Assembly: GCA_965249275.1 (NCBI GenBank) | Contig: CBDFLQ010000005.1 | Coordinates: 480,001-544,000, forward strand | DNA length: 64,000 bases | Reading direction: 5' to 3' | DNA from: Dehalococcoidia bacterium | GTDB taxonomy: Bacteria > Chloroflexota > Dehalococcoidia > Plut-88900 | Part shown: piece after piece, positions 1 through 10,045 of the stretch | How positions within the stretch are numbered: the first letter of the stretch is position 1 | How the letters are laid out: every line of letters starts with the position of its first letter | The notes under the pieces: model-generated | Told to the model about the DNA's origin: nothing | What the model saw: only the letters and a program-made list of their open reading frames with translations | Database searches by the model: none | Made by a program: the position numbers and the translations under genes

Positions 1-905
1 TTCCCAGTTAAGGGGAATATCTCGCTCTCACAGCTGCTGAATGTCGTCAGGACAAGGAAGTCCTCCTCACTATTCCCACCGATCACTTCCCGGTAGACCT
101 CCACCCCTATTTCCGCCTCAATGCACTGCTGGCCGAGCACTGGGAGAGCGCGCACTACCTCTCCCAATTGCTCGGGGCTTAGGGCCCCTTCCATTAACCC
201 GTCCATCAAGCCAACATGGATGACATTCTCGGGCACGGAGACATCCACGTCAGTTCCGAAGTCGGAATAAACCGAGGTAAACATCGTCTCGGGGTCTTCC
301 ACCCGTGCCTCGATGCGCAGCGGAAACAGGTCCGGCTTGCTTATCCACATCTCCAACTCCGCCTCTCCCACCCCGGGGGCGAAACCGACGGCCTGTCTGA
401 GGTCTCCCGTCCCCTTCGCAATGAGCCGGTAGGCGTTCTCTCCATCGATTATTCCTTCTCCCAACAGTGTAAAGCTCTCCGCCGTTTCCCGGATTCCGCC
501 AAGGTCATAGGGGAAGTTCTGGAAGTTGGAATTGCGGTGAAGAGTCTCGCCTCCGAAGTCAAACCACGCCTGAAAACCGGGATATAGCACATACTGGGAC
601 TCCCCAATCTGAATGATCTCAATCTCGACGTTGTTCGCGGAATCGAGGAGGACCTGTACAGCGAAGCGACCTCTCTCCAAGGGAAATATGTCGGTTTCGG
701 ATCGTGTGTCGGCGCCGGACCCTTCGGCGGTGATAGTGACGCGGAAGAAAGAGGCAGCCTTCAGGTTCTCATCAGCCGAGCGGAATATCGAGGGCGCGTC
801 CTCCGCAGTAGATCCAGGCACAGAAGTTGGGGTGAGCAAGAGTCCTTCACACGCTAGCGCTCCAAAGGCCAGCACAACCAAGACAAACACCAAAGCCCGT
901 TTCAT
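1..905 (-). CDS. Lipoprotein (LppX/LprAFG-like), runs off the window edge; paralog of 939-2192
   Basis: Not in the ORF track. Manual translation from ATG 905 gives MKRALVFVLVVLAFGALAC (lipobox), then NFPYDL, EMWISKPDLFPLRIEARVE, YSDFGTDVDVSVPE and VVRALPVLGQQCIEAEIG, all matching the neighbouring gene. No stop before position 1. Confidence 0.85.
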   Translation of the reverse strand, partial: MKRALVFVLVVLAFGALACEGLLLTPTSVPGSTAEDAPSIFRSADENLKAASFFRVTITAEGSGADTRSETDIFPLERGRFAVQVLLDSANNVEIEIIQIGESQYVLYPGFQAWFDFGGETLHRNSNFQNFPYDLGGIRETAESFTLLGEGIIDGENAYRLIAKGTGDLRQAVGFAPGVGEAELEMWISKPDLFPLRIEARVEDPETMFTSVYSDFGTDVDVSVPENVIHVGLMDGLMEGALSPEQLGEVVRALPVLGQQCIEAEIGVEVYREVIGGNSEEDFLVLTTFSSCESEIFPLTG

Positions 906-938
906 CCCCGACACCCTAGCACGCCCCCGACTGACGCG

Positions 939-2192
939 CTAAGGGTCACCTCCCTCCCCAGCTAACATCTTGCACATTTCTCCGGCTGCCACCTCCTCGG
1001 CAGTCGGGGGTCGTTCCCCCCACCCGACCTCGAACAGGGCTTCCAGCCCTACGGACCCCCTCACACACTCGGCCAGGTCTCCTGTCATGTCCCCGCGTGG
1101 AATCGTGAGAATAGTGAGATCGAGGCTATACAGAGCTTCGGCAAGGCCGCTTCTGGCAAAGATGTCGGAATAGGAGAAAATCGGCTCCTCGCAATGATCG
1201 AAGACCCACAATAAAACGCTGTCGAGGTCGCTGGTCCCCGCAACCAGTTCCTGGTAAGGGGCGACGCCGATTTCATTCTCCACGCATTTCTGCCCTTCTG
1301 GCGGGAACGCCCGAACAACGAGGCCTTTCTCCTCTGGGTTAAGGGTCCCGTCCAGCAATCGCTGCAGGTAGTCCAGGTCCAGGACCGACTCGGGCGCGGA
1401 GATGTCCACTGCCGACCCAAACCCCGAGTACTCTGCGTTGAAATACTCCCCATTCTTGTCGAACCGCGCCTCAATGCGCAGGGGAAGCAGGTCGTCCCGG
1501 CTTATCCATATCTCAATCTCAGTTACCTCGTCCCTCGACCGGGCCCCGACGTTAAAGCCCATTGCTTCATCGAGCCGCCTCGTCGCTGTACCCGTGACTC
1601 GATAGACAGGCCCGACCTCAATCGCCTCGGAGCTTCGCACCTCCAGGTCACCTGTCCCTTCAGCCAGGAGTGCCAGATCATAAGGGAAATCTTGGGCTGT
1701 CCTGCGCGCCCAGGTCGTCCCGCTGTAGTCGAACCACACGCGGAAGCCGGGAGGTCGAGAGTAGGGAAGGCCATCCACGAACAGAAACTCGTCTGCGTTT
1801 GTCCCTATCCGGGTAGCCCAGGATTCGTGGACGTACCCCTTGTCGGGAGGCACGATCTCGGCATTGATTTCGGTAGTCACTGCGCCGTTCTCGATAACTA
1901 CCAAGACCCGAAAAGATGCCTGTGCCCGCAAATTCTCGATAGCCGACTCAAGAATGTGGAAAGCTCTCGATGGCGTAGGTGTCGGGCTTGCTGTCGGGAC
2001 AGGTGTCGGCGCAGGAGTTGGAGTGTCGGTTGGGGTCGGGGATGGGGTGGGCGTAGTGGTCGAGAGCGAGGTGGGTATGGGAGCAGCGGTGGGTGTGGGC
2101 GTTGGCGCCGGGGTCGCTGTCGGGACCGCACCCCCGCACCCGAGCACGGCAAACACTAACCCGACCACGATAAGGACCCACAAAGGCTTCAT
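939..2192 (-). CDS. Lipoprotein with Pro/Thr linker and LppX/LprAFG-like domain
   Basis: Signal peptide ending VLGC, PT-repeat linker, IWISRDDLLPLRIE and YSGFGSAVDISAP motifs; ATG 2192 (GTG 2195 is an alternative start). Confidence 0.8.
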   Translation of the reverse strand: MKPLWVLIVVGLVFAVLGCGGAVPTATPAPTPTPTAAPIPTSLSTTTPTPSPTPTDTPTPAPTPVPTASPTPTPSRAFHILESAIENLRAQASFRVLVVIENGAVTTEINAEIVPPDKGYVHESWATRIGTNADEFLFVDGLPYSRPPGFRVWFDYSGTTWARRTAQDFPYDLALLAEGTGDLEVRSSEAIEVGPVYRVTGTATRRLDEAMGFNVGARSRDEVTEIEIWISRDDLLPLRIEARFDKNGEYFNAEYSGFGSAVDISAPESVLDLDYLQRLLDGTLNPEEKGLVVRAFPPEGQKCVENEIGVAPYQELVAGTSDLDSVLLWVFDHCEEPIFSYSDIFARSGLAEALYSLDLTILTIPRGDMTGDLAECVRGSVGLEALFEVGWGERPPTAEEVAAGEMCKMLAGEGGDP

Positions 2193-2227
2193 CACCCCAC
2201 CCTACCACACCCTCCCCCCGACCCCGT

Positions 2228-2236
2228 TGCTATAAT
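2228..2236 (+). promoter_or_regulatory. Extended -10 promoter for pcrA (near-leaderless transcript)
   Basis: TGcTATAAT ends 9 nt before ATG 2246, with no room for an SD. Confidence 0.5.
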
Positions 2237-2245
2237 CAATGGGCA

Positions 2246-4444
2246 ATGATCACACACAACCTGTTAGAAGGCCTGAACCCACCCCAGAAAGAAGCCGTCG
2301 AGAACGTCGACGGGCCTCTGCTCATCCTCGCCGGGCCGGGGAGCGGCAAGACCAGGGTCATCACTACCCGCATCGCCTACCTGATGCGCGTGGTCGGCGT
2401 GTACCCAAGCCGCATGATGGCCGTGACCTTCACCAACAAGGCTTCAAAAGAGATGCGGGAGCGGGTGTTTGATCTCGTGGGTGAGGACACCGAGCGGCTC
2501 ACCCTCGGCACTTTCCACGCCATCTGCGTCCGGATTTTACGAACCAGCGGCGAACCCATCGGCCTCGACAGAAACCTCGTCATCTACGACGAGGACGACA
2601 AGGCCTCCATCATCAAGGACGCAATGAAGGACCTGAATATCGACCCCCGGAACTTCCCGCCCCGGGGCATGAGCTCGGCCATCTCGGCATCCAAGAGCCA
2701 GATGATCGACGCCCAGGACCACCACCTTCACGTCCACAGCTATTTCGACGAGGTCGTGGGTCGGGTCTTTCAGCGTTACCAGGCCATACTCGAAGAGAAC
2801 AACGGCGTGGACTTCGACGACCTGCTTCTCAAGGCCGTACAACTCTTCGACCGTTCCCCCGAGACCCTCGAAAAGTACGCCAACCGCTACCGCTACCTGC
2901 TGATAGACGAGTTCCAGGACACGAACGTCGTGCAGTACAGGCTGGCAAAGCAGATGGCGAGCCAGCACGGGAACATCTGCGTAGTCGGCGACCCGGACCA
3001 GTCGATTTACTCATGGCGCCACGCCGACATCCGCAACATCCTCAGCTTCGAAAAGGACTTCCCCAAGGCCAAGGTGATCTACCTGGAGCAGAACTACCGC
3101 TCGACGCAGACCATCCTGGAGTCTGCCCACAACGTCATCGCTGCCAACCAGCAGCGGAAAGAGAAGAACCTCTGGACCGACAACGGGCAGGGCGTCCCCA
3201 TCACTATGTCGGAGGCCTACAACGAGCAGGACGAGGCCCAGACCGTCGCCAAGGAGATCGAGCGCCTGATGCGGGACGACGATCACGACCTTGGGGATAT
3301 AGCGGTGATGTACCGCACCAACGCCCAGTCCCGCGTACTGGAGGAGTCCTTCCTGAGGTACGGCATCCAGTACCGGCTTGTGGGCGGCACCCGCTTCTAC
3401 GAACGTCGGGAGGTGAAGGACATCGTCGGCTACCTGCGGCTCGTGCACAACCCCTACGACTCCGTCAGCCTGCGCCGGGTGATCAACGTGCCCAAACGGG
3501 GAATCGGGCAGAAGACGGTGGACGGGCTGATGATGTGGGCGCAGCAGCTGGGCATGCCACCCTACACCGCGCTTCAACTGCTGGCTCACAACTCAGAGGA
3601 GAATGGCAATGGGCCCGAGCCACCCTTCGGCAGCGCGGCGAGACGCTCGCTGACCAGCTTTCTGGTAATGCTCGACGAACTGCTGGAAGTGGGCAAGGGG
3701 GGCGACGTGGTCCATCTCATCAGCATGGTGGCGGAAAGGACGGGCTACAAGGACTTCCTGCTCGACTCCGAGGACCGCGGAGAAGACCGCTGGGAAAACA
3801 TCATGGAGCTGCGGTCCGTCGCCGCCGAGTACCGGGGCCTGGAACCCGGCGAGAGCCTGACCGCCCTGCTGGACGGCGTGGCCCTGGTATCTGACACCGA
3901 CGAGCTGGACGGCAAGGCAAACGCCGTGACCCTGATCACGCTCCACCAGGCCAAGGGGCTCGAATATCCGGTGGTGTTCCTGGTCGGGATGGAGGAAGGA
4001 CTGCTTCCTCACCGCCGCTCCATCGACGACCCAGACCAGATGGAGGAGGAGCGTCGGCTGTGCTACGTGGGCATGACTCGGGCCAAACAGCGGCTCTACC
4101 TGCTGAGGGCCTTTCGCAGGAACATGATGGGGTCCAGCAACGTCAATCCCCCTTCACGTTTCCTGGAAGCCATCCCCAAGGGCCTCACTGCCAACTTCTC
4201 AAAGACTCCCCAAGGCTACCAGACCCGCGCCGACGACCTGTGGTGGTCACCGCCGAAGCGAAGGGTAGCCAAAGAGGGCGAGTTCTCCGCCGGAGACCGG
4301 GTCAAGCACGGCACGTTCGGGGAGGGGATAGTGGTCTCGTGTGCGGCGTCGGGGGACGACCAGATGGTCACGGTAGCCTTCAAAGGCACCCTCGGCATCA
4401 AGAAGCTGCTCCAGAGCTACGCCCCCCTGGAAAAAATCACCTAG
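2246..4444 (+). CDS. pcrA: ATP-dependent DNA helicase PcrA/UvrD
   Basis: AGPGSGKT, DEFQDTN, VGDPDQSIY, LEQNYRS, TLHQAKGLE, EERRLCYVGMTRA and C-terminal GDRVKHGTFGEG Tudor-like domain. Confidence 0.97.
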   Translation: MITHNLLEGLNPPQKEAVENVDGPLLILAGPGSGKTRVITTRIAYLMRVVGVYPSRMMAVTFTNKASKEMRERVFDLVGEDTERLTLGTFHAICVRILRTSGEPIGLDRNLVIYDEDDKASIIKDAMKDLNIDPRNFPPRGMSSAISASKSQMIDAQDHHLHVHSYFDEVVGRVFQRYQAILEENNGVDFDDLLLKAVQLFDRSPETLEKYANRYRYLLIDEFQDTNVVQYRLAKQMASQHGNICVVGDPDQSIYSWRHADIRNILSFEKDFPKAKVIYLEQNYRSTQTILESAHNVIAANQQRKEKNLWTDNGQGVPITMSEAYNEQDEAQTVAKEIERLMRDDDHDLGDIAVMYRTNAQSRVLEESFLRYGIQYRLVGGTRFYERREVKDIVGYLRLVHNPYDSVSLRRVINVPKRGIGQKTVDGLMMWAQQLGMPPYTALQLLAHNSEENGNGPEPPFGSAARRSLTSFLVMLDELLEVGKGGDVVHLISMVAERTGYKDFLLDSEDRGEDRWENIMELRSVAAEYRGLEPGESLTALLDGVALVSDTDELDGKANAVTLITLHQAKGLEYPVVFLVGMEEGLLPHRRSIDDPDQMEEERRLCYVGMTRAKQRLYLLRAFRRNMMGSSNVNPPSRFLEAIPKGLTANFSKTPQGYQTRADDLWWSPPKRRVAKEGEFSAGDRVKHGTFGEGIVVSCAASGDDQMVTVAFKGTLGIKKLLQSYAPLEKIT

Positions 4445-4597
4445 CCTAAACCGTCATTCCCGTCCCCGAACAGGAATCCAGATGGGCGGGGTGGGGTCAT
4501 ATCCCCTCTCCCTTGATGTTACCCTTGCATAACCCTTATTCCGGGCGGCTGTGCGGAGGTACAGTCCCTTCTCCCTCGATGGGAGAGGGGATGGGGG

Positions 4598-5068
4598 TTA
4601 GCGGCGGCGGACGTGGGAGCGGCCGGCGCGGGCTACCAGCTCGTCGTTCTGGTTGAGGAAGTTGTGCTCGACGACTATGAAGGCCATGTCACCTGAGCGG
4701 CCCGTTTTTCGGTAGACGTCAGTGACGCGGGCTGTGCAGGTCAGGACGTCGCCGGGACGCACGGGTAAGAGGGGTTCCACCCACTGGCCGGCCATGTAGA
4801 TGGTGCCATCGAACTGAAGGTCAAGGTCCGCGGGTTCGTCGAGGCGGACGAAGGAGGCGACGAAGGAGGGAGGGGCGATGATATCGCCGTGGGGGCCCGA
4901 GGCGGCAGCTTCTTCGTCGACAAAGAGGGGGTTGGTCTCTCCGATTGCGCGGGAGAAACCGAGCACCATCTCTCGGGTGACGGCGTGGGTGGCCTTGAAG
5001 TAGTCTCTGCCTAATACCTCTCGGTTGAACTGAAGGCTATCCTGGGATGCGGGTCTGGCGGCGTTCAT
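4598..5068 (-). CDS. MaoC/FAS1-like hot-dog dehydratase
   Basis: FSRAIGETNPLF, IAPPSF, PVRPGDVL, KTGRSGDMAFI, NQNDELVA motifs. Confidence 0.85.
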   Translation of the reverse strand: MNAARPASQDSLQFNREVLGRDYFKATHAVTREMVLGFSRAIGETNPLFVDEEAAASGPHGDIIAPPSFVASFVRLDEPADLDLQFDGTIYMAGQWVEPLLPVRPGDVLTCTARVTDVYRKTGRSGDMAFIVVEHNFLNQNDELVARAGRSHVRRR

Positions 5069-5082
5069 CGGGTAGGCGTGTC

Positions 5083-6417
5083 TCAGTCCTGGGCCTTAAT
5101 CTCTTGGACGACTCGGTCTCCGGACTGGACGGCGCCGTTGGTAAACCCGGCACTTGTGTAGTCGCCGCAGAAGTGGAGCCTACCGACGGGTTTCTGCAGC
5201 AGGGGATAGATCTCGGTGTGGCCGGGTTTCCAGAGGGGTATGGCGTGGTTCCAATGGGCGACGTCGGACTCTACGATCTTGCCGCGGACGGCAGGGACCA
5301 TCTCCACAAGGTCGTCAAGCAGGACTTCCGTCACCTCGCCGTCCGAGCGAGACATGAGGTCCTTGGCAACTGCGTTGCCGGTGTAGACGCGCAGGATCCC
5401 CATGCCAGTCTTGCTCTTGTAGTCATCGGGATAGGTGAAGGAGGGGTCAGTTATAGCGCAGACCTTCTGGCCGGAGACGGGAACCCGCCATACGCCTTTG
5501 CCGATGAGGTTTTCGGAAAGCTCATCTACCAGGAAGGCAGCGGTGGTCATGGAGCCGTATTCAATTTTGGCGAGAGCCTCCCGTTTCCAGTCGGGGAGGT
5601 CCTGGGTGCAGTTGAGGGTGATGGGAGCCGGGGTGGCCATGACGCAGCGTCGAGCCTGCACGGTGTCCTTCTTGCCTCCGCGGTCATAGGTGACCTGGAC
5701 TCGATCCTCCAGCTCTTTCACTTCGAGCACTTCGGCGCCGAGAACCGCTTTGTCACCGAGCAAACGGTGGAGGGCGATGGTAACTTGGTTGGTCCCGCCC
5801 TCAACGAAATATTCGTCGGCCATGAAGAAGAGGATGACCATGAGGGGGTGGAAGGGGGTGACGGTGTCGGCGCCCATGGTGCTGGCGGTTACGGCGAAGA
5901 CGTCCCACAACTCGCGCACGGATTTCGGGGCGTTGCCTAAGAATTCGTCGACGGTGGTGGAATTGAGCTCGATGACCTTGGGGTCGGTGGGATCGAAGTC
6001 GGCGTTTAAGAGGGACTTGTACTTGCGCCGAGTCTTCCAGATGTGCCAGGCGAACTTGATCTTGTCCAGGAAGGGTATGGGCATCTTGAGAAGGAGCCCG
6101 TACTCGTTGGAGGATGCGACCAGCTTGCCATTCATATAGAGGGGCAGCTTGGACTTGGCAATAAGGGTGCGCTTGACTCCTATCTCATCAACGAGCGTGG
6201 CCAAGGGGCCCGTGTCCCCGAGGACGACCTGGGCCCCGGCGTTGTAGACGTAAGGGCCGAGCGTGCGGGATTCGGTCCGGCCGCCGGGAATCTCCTCCTT
6301 TTCCAGTAGGAGGATGTTTCGGTCCCGCATGCGGTAGGCAGCGGTAAGGCCGGCAAGGCCACCACCTACGATAACGAGGTCAAGGAGGGAGTCTGGAGTG
6401 TTTGGTGTATCCGGCAT
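5083..6417 (-). CDS. FAD-dependent oxidoreductase (flavin amine oxidase/HemY-like)
   Basis: IVGGGLAGLTAA...LLEK...GGRT Rossmann motif; C-terminal LHFCGDY...GAVQSG. Confidence 0.9.
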   Translation of the reverse strand: MPDTPNTPDSLLDLVIVGGGLAGLTAAYRMRDRNILLLEKEEIPGGRTESRTLGPYVYNAGAQVVLGDTGPLATLVDEIGVKRTLIAKSKLPLYMNGKLVASSNEYGLLLKMPIPFLDKIKFAWHIWKTRRKYKSLLNADFDPTDPKVIELNSTTVDEFLGNAPKSVRELWDVFAVTASTMGADTVTPFHPLMVILFFMADEYFVEGGTNQVTIALHRLLGDKAVLGAEVLEVKELEDRVQVTYDRGGKKDTVQARRCVMATPAPITLNCTQDLPDWKREALAKIEYGSMTTAAFLVDELSENLIGKGVWRVPVSGQKVCAITDPSFTYPDDYKSKTGMGILRVYTGNAVAKDLMSRSDGEVTEVLLDDLVEMVPAVRGKIVESDVAHWNHAIPLWKPGHTEIYPLLQKPVGRLHFCGDYTSAGFTNGAVQSGDRVVQEIKAQD

Positions 6418-6435
6418 GACGGGTCTATCTTTGGG

Positions 6436-7785
6436 CTAGGCCGCCGGTTCCTGTTGCAATTCTCTCAGCACGCGTTGGGCAGAGAGAACTGCGGCCTCCA
6501 AGCCTCCGCTGACAGTGTAATCGCCGCAGTAGTGGATGCGGCCCGTGGGTTGCTTGATCTGCTCGGCGATTTCGAGCCGGCCCACGCGCCAAGGGCTGAT
6601 GGCGTGGGGCCAGTGCCTTATGGAGGTCTGCACGATCTTGCCCGCTATGTCAGGGAAGGCGGAGACAAGCTCCTCAGTGAGGACTTCAAGGGCTTCGCCG
6701 TCGGACATCTGCTGGAGCTCCTTGGAAGCCTTGTCACCCGTGTAGACTCGCAGGAGCCCCTGGCCCGTGCGCTGCTTGACCTCCTTGGGGAAGGTGAAGG
6801 TGGGGTTGGTCACCGAGACGATCTTCTTGCCGACAATCGGTACGCGCCAGACGCCTTCGCCGAGGAATCGCTCCGAATTCTCGCTGAGAAGGAAACCGGC
6901 GGAGGTCATGGCGCCGAAGTCGACCTTGGCAAGGACATCGCGCTTCCATTGAGGCATGTCCTTGACGATGGGCGACACGAGGGGGCCAGGAATGGCGATT
7001 ACGCAGCGTCGGGCGGTAACGGACTTACGCTGGCCGGCGTGGTCGTAGCTGACGCGAACGGCGCCGTTTTCGTGGACTATCTCGTCGACGCTTGCAGAGG
7101 TCTCGGTCTTGTCTTTGACATTGTCCCAGAGGGCCTTGGTCAGCTCCCACGTGCCGCCATTAACGTAATATTCGGCCTCCGCGAAGTGAAGGAAGGTGTT
7201 GATGGGCTGGAAGGCGGCGACCTGGTCGGCGGTGACGGTGTTGGCGCCCTTGGAGAGGGTGTCCCAGATGGCGCGGATATCGGGGTGATAGGCGCCCATA
7301 AAGCTTTCGAGAGTCTCGCCGGAGAGCTCCTGGGTCTTCTTGTTATAGGGGTCGGGCTCCTGGTCGACGAGCTCCCTGTATCGGCGGCGGATTCGGAGGA
7401 CCTTGAGACCCATCTTCACCTTTTCGAGGAAAGGTATTGGCAGTCGCCAGAGGAACAGAGGCTCGCCCAGGGTTTTGGGTTTGAGGGGGGCCGTGATGAG
7501 CTTGCCTTTCATGTGCATCGGCATTCGGGTTTTGCCGATGAGGGTCTTTTCTACCCCGATCTCCCGGGCGAGCTTTGCCGTTTCGCTTTCGTCGCCGAGG
7601 ACGACCTGGGCACCGGTGTTGTAAACGTATTCGCCCATCTTGCGGGAGATGGTGCGGCCACCGCACACATCCTCTTTTTCGAGGACAAGGATGTTCTTGT
7701 CTTTAAGCCGGTAGGCAGCAGTCAATCCCGCTATCCCCGCTCCCACAATTACGGCATCAAGGACATTGTTGTCGTCTTCTGGCAT
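6436..7785 (-). CDS. FAD-dependent oxidoreductase, paralog of 5083-6417
   Basis: IVGAGIAGLTAA, GGRT, IHYCGDY...AAVLSA; colinear similarity to the neighbour. Confidence 0.9.
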   Translation of the reverse strand: MPEDDNNVLDAVIVGAGIAGLTAAYRLKDKNILVLEKEDVCGGRTISRKMGEYVYNTGAQVVLGDESETAKLAREIGVEKTLIGKTRMPMHMKGKLITAPLKPKTLGEPLFLWRLPIPFLEKVKMGLKVLRIRRRYRELVDQEPDPYNKKTQELSGETLESFMGAYHPDIRAIWDTLSKGANTVTADQVAAFQPINTFLHFAEAEYYVNGGTWELTKALWDNVKDKTETSASVDEIVHENGAVRVSYDHAGQRKSVTARRCVIAIPGPLVSPIVKDMPQWKRDVLAKVDFGAMTSAGFLLSENSERFLGEGVWRVPIVGKKIVSVTNPTFTFPKEVKQRTGQGLLRVYTGDKASKELQQMSDGEALEVLTEELVSAFPDIAGKIVQTSIRHWPHAISPWRVGRLEIAEQIKQPTGRIHYCGDYTVSGGLEAAVLSAQRVLRELQQEPAA

Positions 7786-8739
7786 TTGCTTGTATCCCTA
7801 CCGATAGTATTAATTTACGAGGCCGCCCTGCGGCTGCCGACTACATGGCCTCGGGGTCCGCGGGCAATAATACAACATTGGGGTGGGGGGCGGCGTCGGT
7901 GTGTACTCGTTCGGTAGGTTAGTGACACACTGGCGTTTTCTTCAGTCCTCCAGAGGCGGATCTTCGATTGTGGGGTTTCGGTTTCAGTTCTGTCTGTTAG
8001 GTTTTGGGAAGGCGATGAAAGACGCTTGCCGGATTCGGCTCCCTACATTTAGATAATGCGGGCTAGGAGGCGTCCCGGGAGCGTGGGACGGGTCTCCGCC
8101 GCCGCCTAGACCTGGAAGTATGGTCGGACGTACGGGTCCGTCATCCGTCATAGGCTCCGATGCAGGGTTGGCTGCGCTGTCCGCCGTAGGCGGATGCAGG
8201 AAGGGGAAAGTCCAGGGTCAGTTCCCCTCGCAGGAGTACGGGATATCCAGTTCGCCGACGATGTCCCGGAGCCGGGAGACGGCGGCAGCCCAGTTTATTT
8301 GGGAAGCGGACGGAGAGCCGAGCGGGCCTCGGCTACGAGCCTGTCTCAAAAGTCGCCCCATGCCCCTCTTCCCGCTCTTATACGACTTGGATTCGTGCCT
8401 ACGGCACCCGTCGCATTGGTCAAGAATATCCAATCGGGCTGTGTCTAACGGACTTATGAGACAGGCTCCTACGGGCTGCCCCGTTCCGCTCATGGGACAA
8501 GGTTGCTCCGTAAGGAGACTTTTAAGTACGGTCCAGGGCGTCTTCCATCGCCTAGTAGTCAGGGAAGGGGGCACGGGACCCGGGGGATGAGGAGATGGCG
8601 ACTTTCGCTTGTGCCGCGGGCCTGCGCGAGGGCCGTTGGGATGGGCTGAGGCGTTGAGTCCTCTGGTGGGTCGGGTGGGCTTCCCTAGTTTTTGATTCCT
8701 CCTTAAGGTGGTTGGGTTAGGTGGTCTAGACCTGGCTAC

Positions 8740-8769
8740 AATATAGAACATAAGTACTTATGATGTCAA
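8740..8769 (-). promoter_or_regulatory. Sigma70-like promoter with a LexA-type box and palindrome in the spacer
   Basis: Minus strand TTGACA-18 nt-TATATT. The spacer carries AGTAC-N4-GTTCT (8745-8758) and the perfect palindrome CATAAGTACTTATG (8749-8762). Confidence 0.55.
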
Positions 8770-8830
8770 GGGGGTGATGCCACTCTCTATGTGAACGGGA
8801 TCACGGTGAGTAACAGGGACCGCGCCACTC

Positions 8831-8943
8831 CATTCCGCCCTAGAGACCCCCTTCGAGAGCCTCAGGACAGGCTTCGACTAGGCTTACGCCACGGTCGTAC
8901 GCCAAAGGCGCACTTGCAGCATCTTCGACAGGGCGAGCGGAAT
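8831..8943. repeat. Palindromic repeat family A (ATTCCGCTC...GAGCGGAAT) with nested inserts
   Basis: Homologous to copies at 9596, 14661, 24038, 25268 and 27643. Confidence 0.8.
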
Positions 8944-9020
8944 TCCCCGCCTTGAGGACAGTTAAGAGTTTCAGGGGCCGGAATTGCGAGGCAGCTTCCC
9001 AGCGGTGCGGGCGGTTCGCT

Positions 9021-9431
9021 CTAACCGAAGTCGAGCATCCAGTTGATGCCGAACTTGTCGGTGCAGGAGCCGAAGTAGGAGCCCCAGAACATGTCGCCCA
9101 ACGGCATGGAAACTGCGCCGCCCTCGGATAGCTTGGCGAAGAGCTGGTCGGTTTCCTCCCTGCTGGCGGGGGCGTAGGAGAGGGAGAAATTGTTACCCTG
9201 ATTAACAGTCATGCCAAAAGTTGATGGCATGTCGCTGCCCATGAGCACGTTGTCGCCGATGGTATAGGAGACGTGCATGATGCCATCTCGCTCCTCCTCC
9301 GGAATCTGCATTTCCGGAGGGCCGTCGCCGAAGGTGGTTATGAGATCGAACTCGCCGCCGAAGACTGAACGGTAGAATTCAAAGGCTTCCCGACAAGTTC
9401 CGTCGAAGTGAAGGTATACGTTAAGTGACAT
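9021..9431 (-). CDS. VOC/PhnB-family protein
   Basis: YLHFDGTCREAFEFY...IMH...LSEGG...MFWGSYFG..DKFGINW. Confidence 0.92.
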   Translation of the reverse strand: MSLNVYLHFDGTCREAFEFYRSVFGGEFDLITTFGDGPPEMQIPEEERDGIMHVSYTIGDNVLMGSDMPSTFGMTVNQGNNFSLSYAPASREETDQLFAKLSEGGAVSMPLGDMFWGSYFGSCTDKFGINWMLDFG

Positions 9432-9595
9432 CTATTCCTATCCTTATGTTTACGGTCTCGCTTTTGTCTGCGGGCATCTATTTTAACTGACTTTCCAACT
9501 GGCACCTAAACTCACAAACGAAGTGCAACACGTAGTTAAAGAGCCGGCTGGGCGTTACGTTAGGGGAGGTGTGAGTGGCAGGGGCGGCCCCACCC

Positions 9596-9664
9596 CATTC
9601 CGCTCTTGAGACCCCCTTCGAGAGCCTCAGGACAGGCTTCGACTCGGCTCAGGGCGAGTGGAAT
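9596..9664. repeat. Repeat family A copy
   Basis: cattccgctcttgagacccccttcgagagcctcaggacaggcttcgactcggctcagggcgagtggaat. Confidence 0.8.
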
Positions 9665-9749
9665 GCCCCGCCCCTAGGTCGGTTTACAGTATCGGGGGGC
9701 GGAATTATGGAGGGAGTAGGTGGTATATAATGGTGTACTTGGGGGAGCC

Positions 9750-10037
9750 ATGCCTTTAAGTCGAGAGGAAGTAGAGCACATAGCCCTGTTGGCCCGGGTC
9801 GGGATGACCGAGGAAGACCTGGAGACCTTCGGGGGGCAGTTGTCCCACATATTGGAGCAGTTCAGGGTGCTCGAAGAGGTGGATACGGAGGGCGTTCCCC
9901 CAACTTCTCACACCGTAGACGTATTCAGCGTTTTCAGGGACGACGAAGACCGACCATCTCTGCCCTCGCAGGACGTGCTGGCCAACGCACCCCGCAGAGA
10001 CGACGACTATTTCAGGGTCAAGCCGGTTCTCGGTTGA
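9750..10037 (+). CDS. gatC: Asp/Glu-tRNA amidotransferase subunit C
   Basis: MPLSREEVEHIALLAR...VDTEGVPPTSH...LANAP...YFRVKPV; GGGGAG SD before ATG 9750; lies upstream of gatA. Confidence 0.95.
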   Translation: MPLSREEVEHIALLARVGMTEEDLETFGGQLSHILEQFRVLEEVDTEGVPPTSHTVDVFSVFRDDEDRPSLPSQDVLANAPRRDDDYFRVKPVLG

Positions 10038-10045
10038 CCTGACCC

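Noticed and set aside
1975-2130. GT-rich tandem repeats
   Set aside because: They encode the Pro/Thr linker of the lipoprotein, as do the similar repeats at ~43950-44050.
8218-8751. 177-aa ORF as an intact gene, or its terminal TGA as Sec
   Set aside because: Its ATG lies inside the promoter spacer, the N-terminal half is low-complexity, and there is no CxxU motif or recognisable family.
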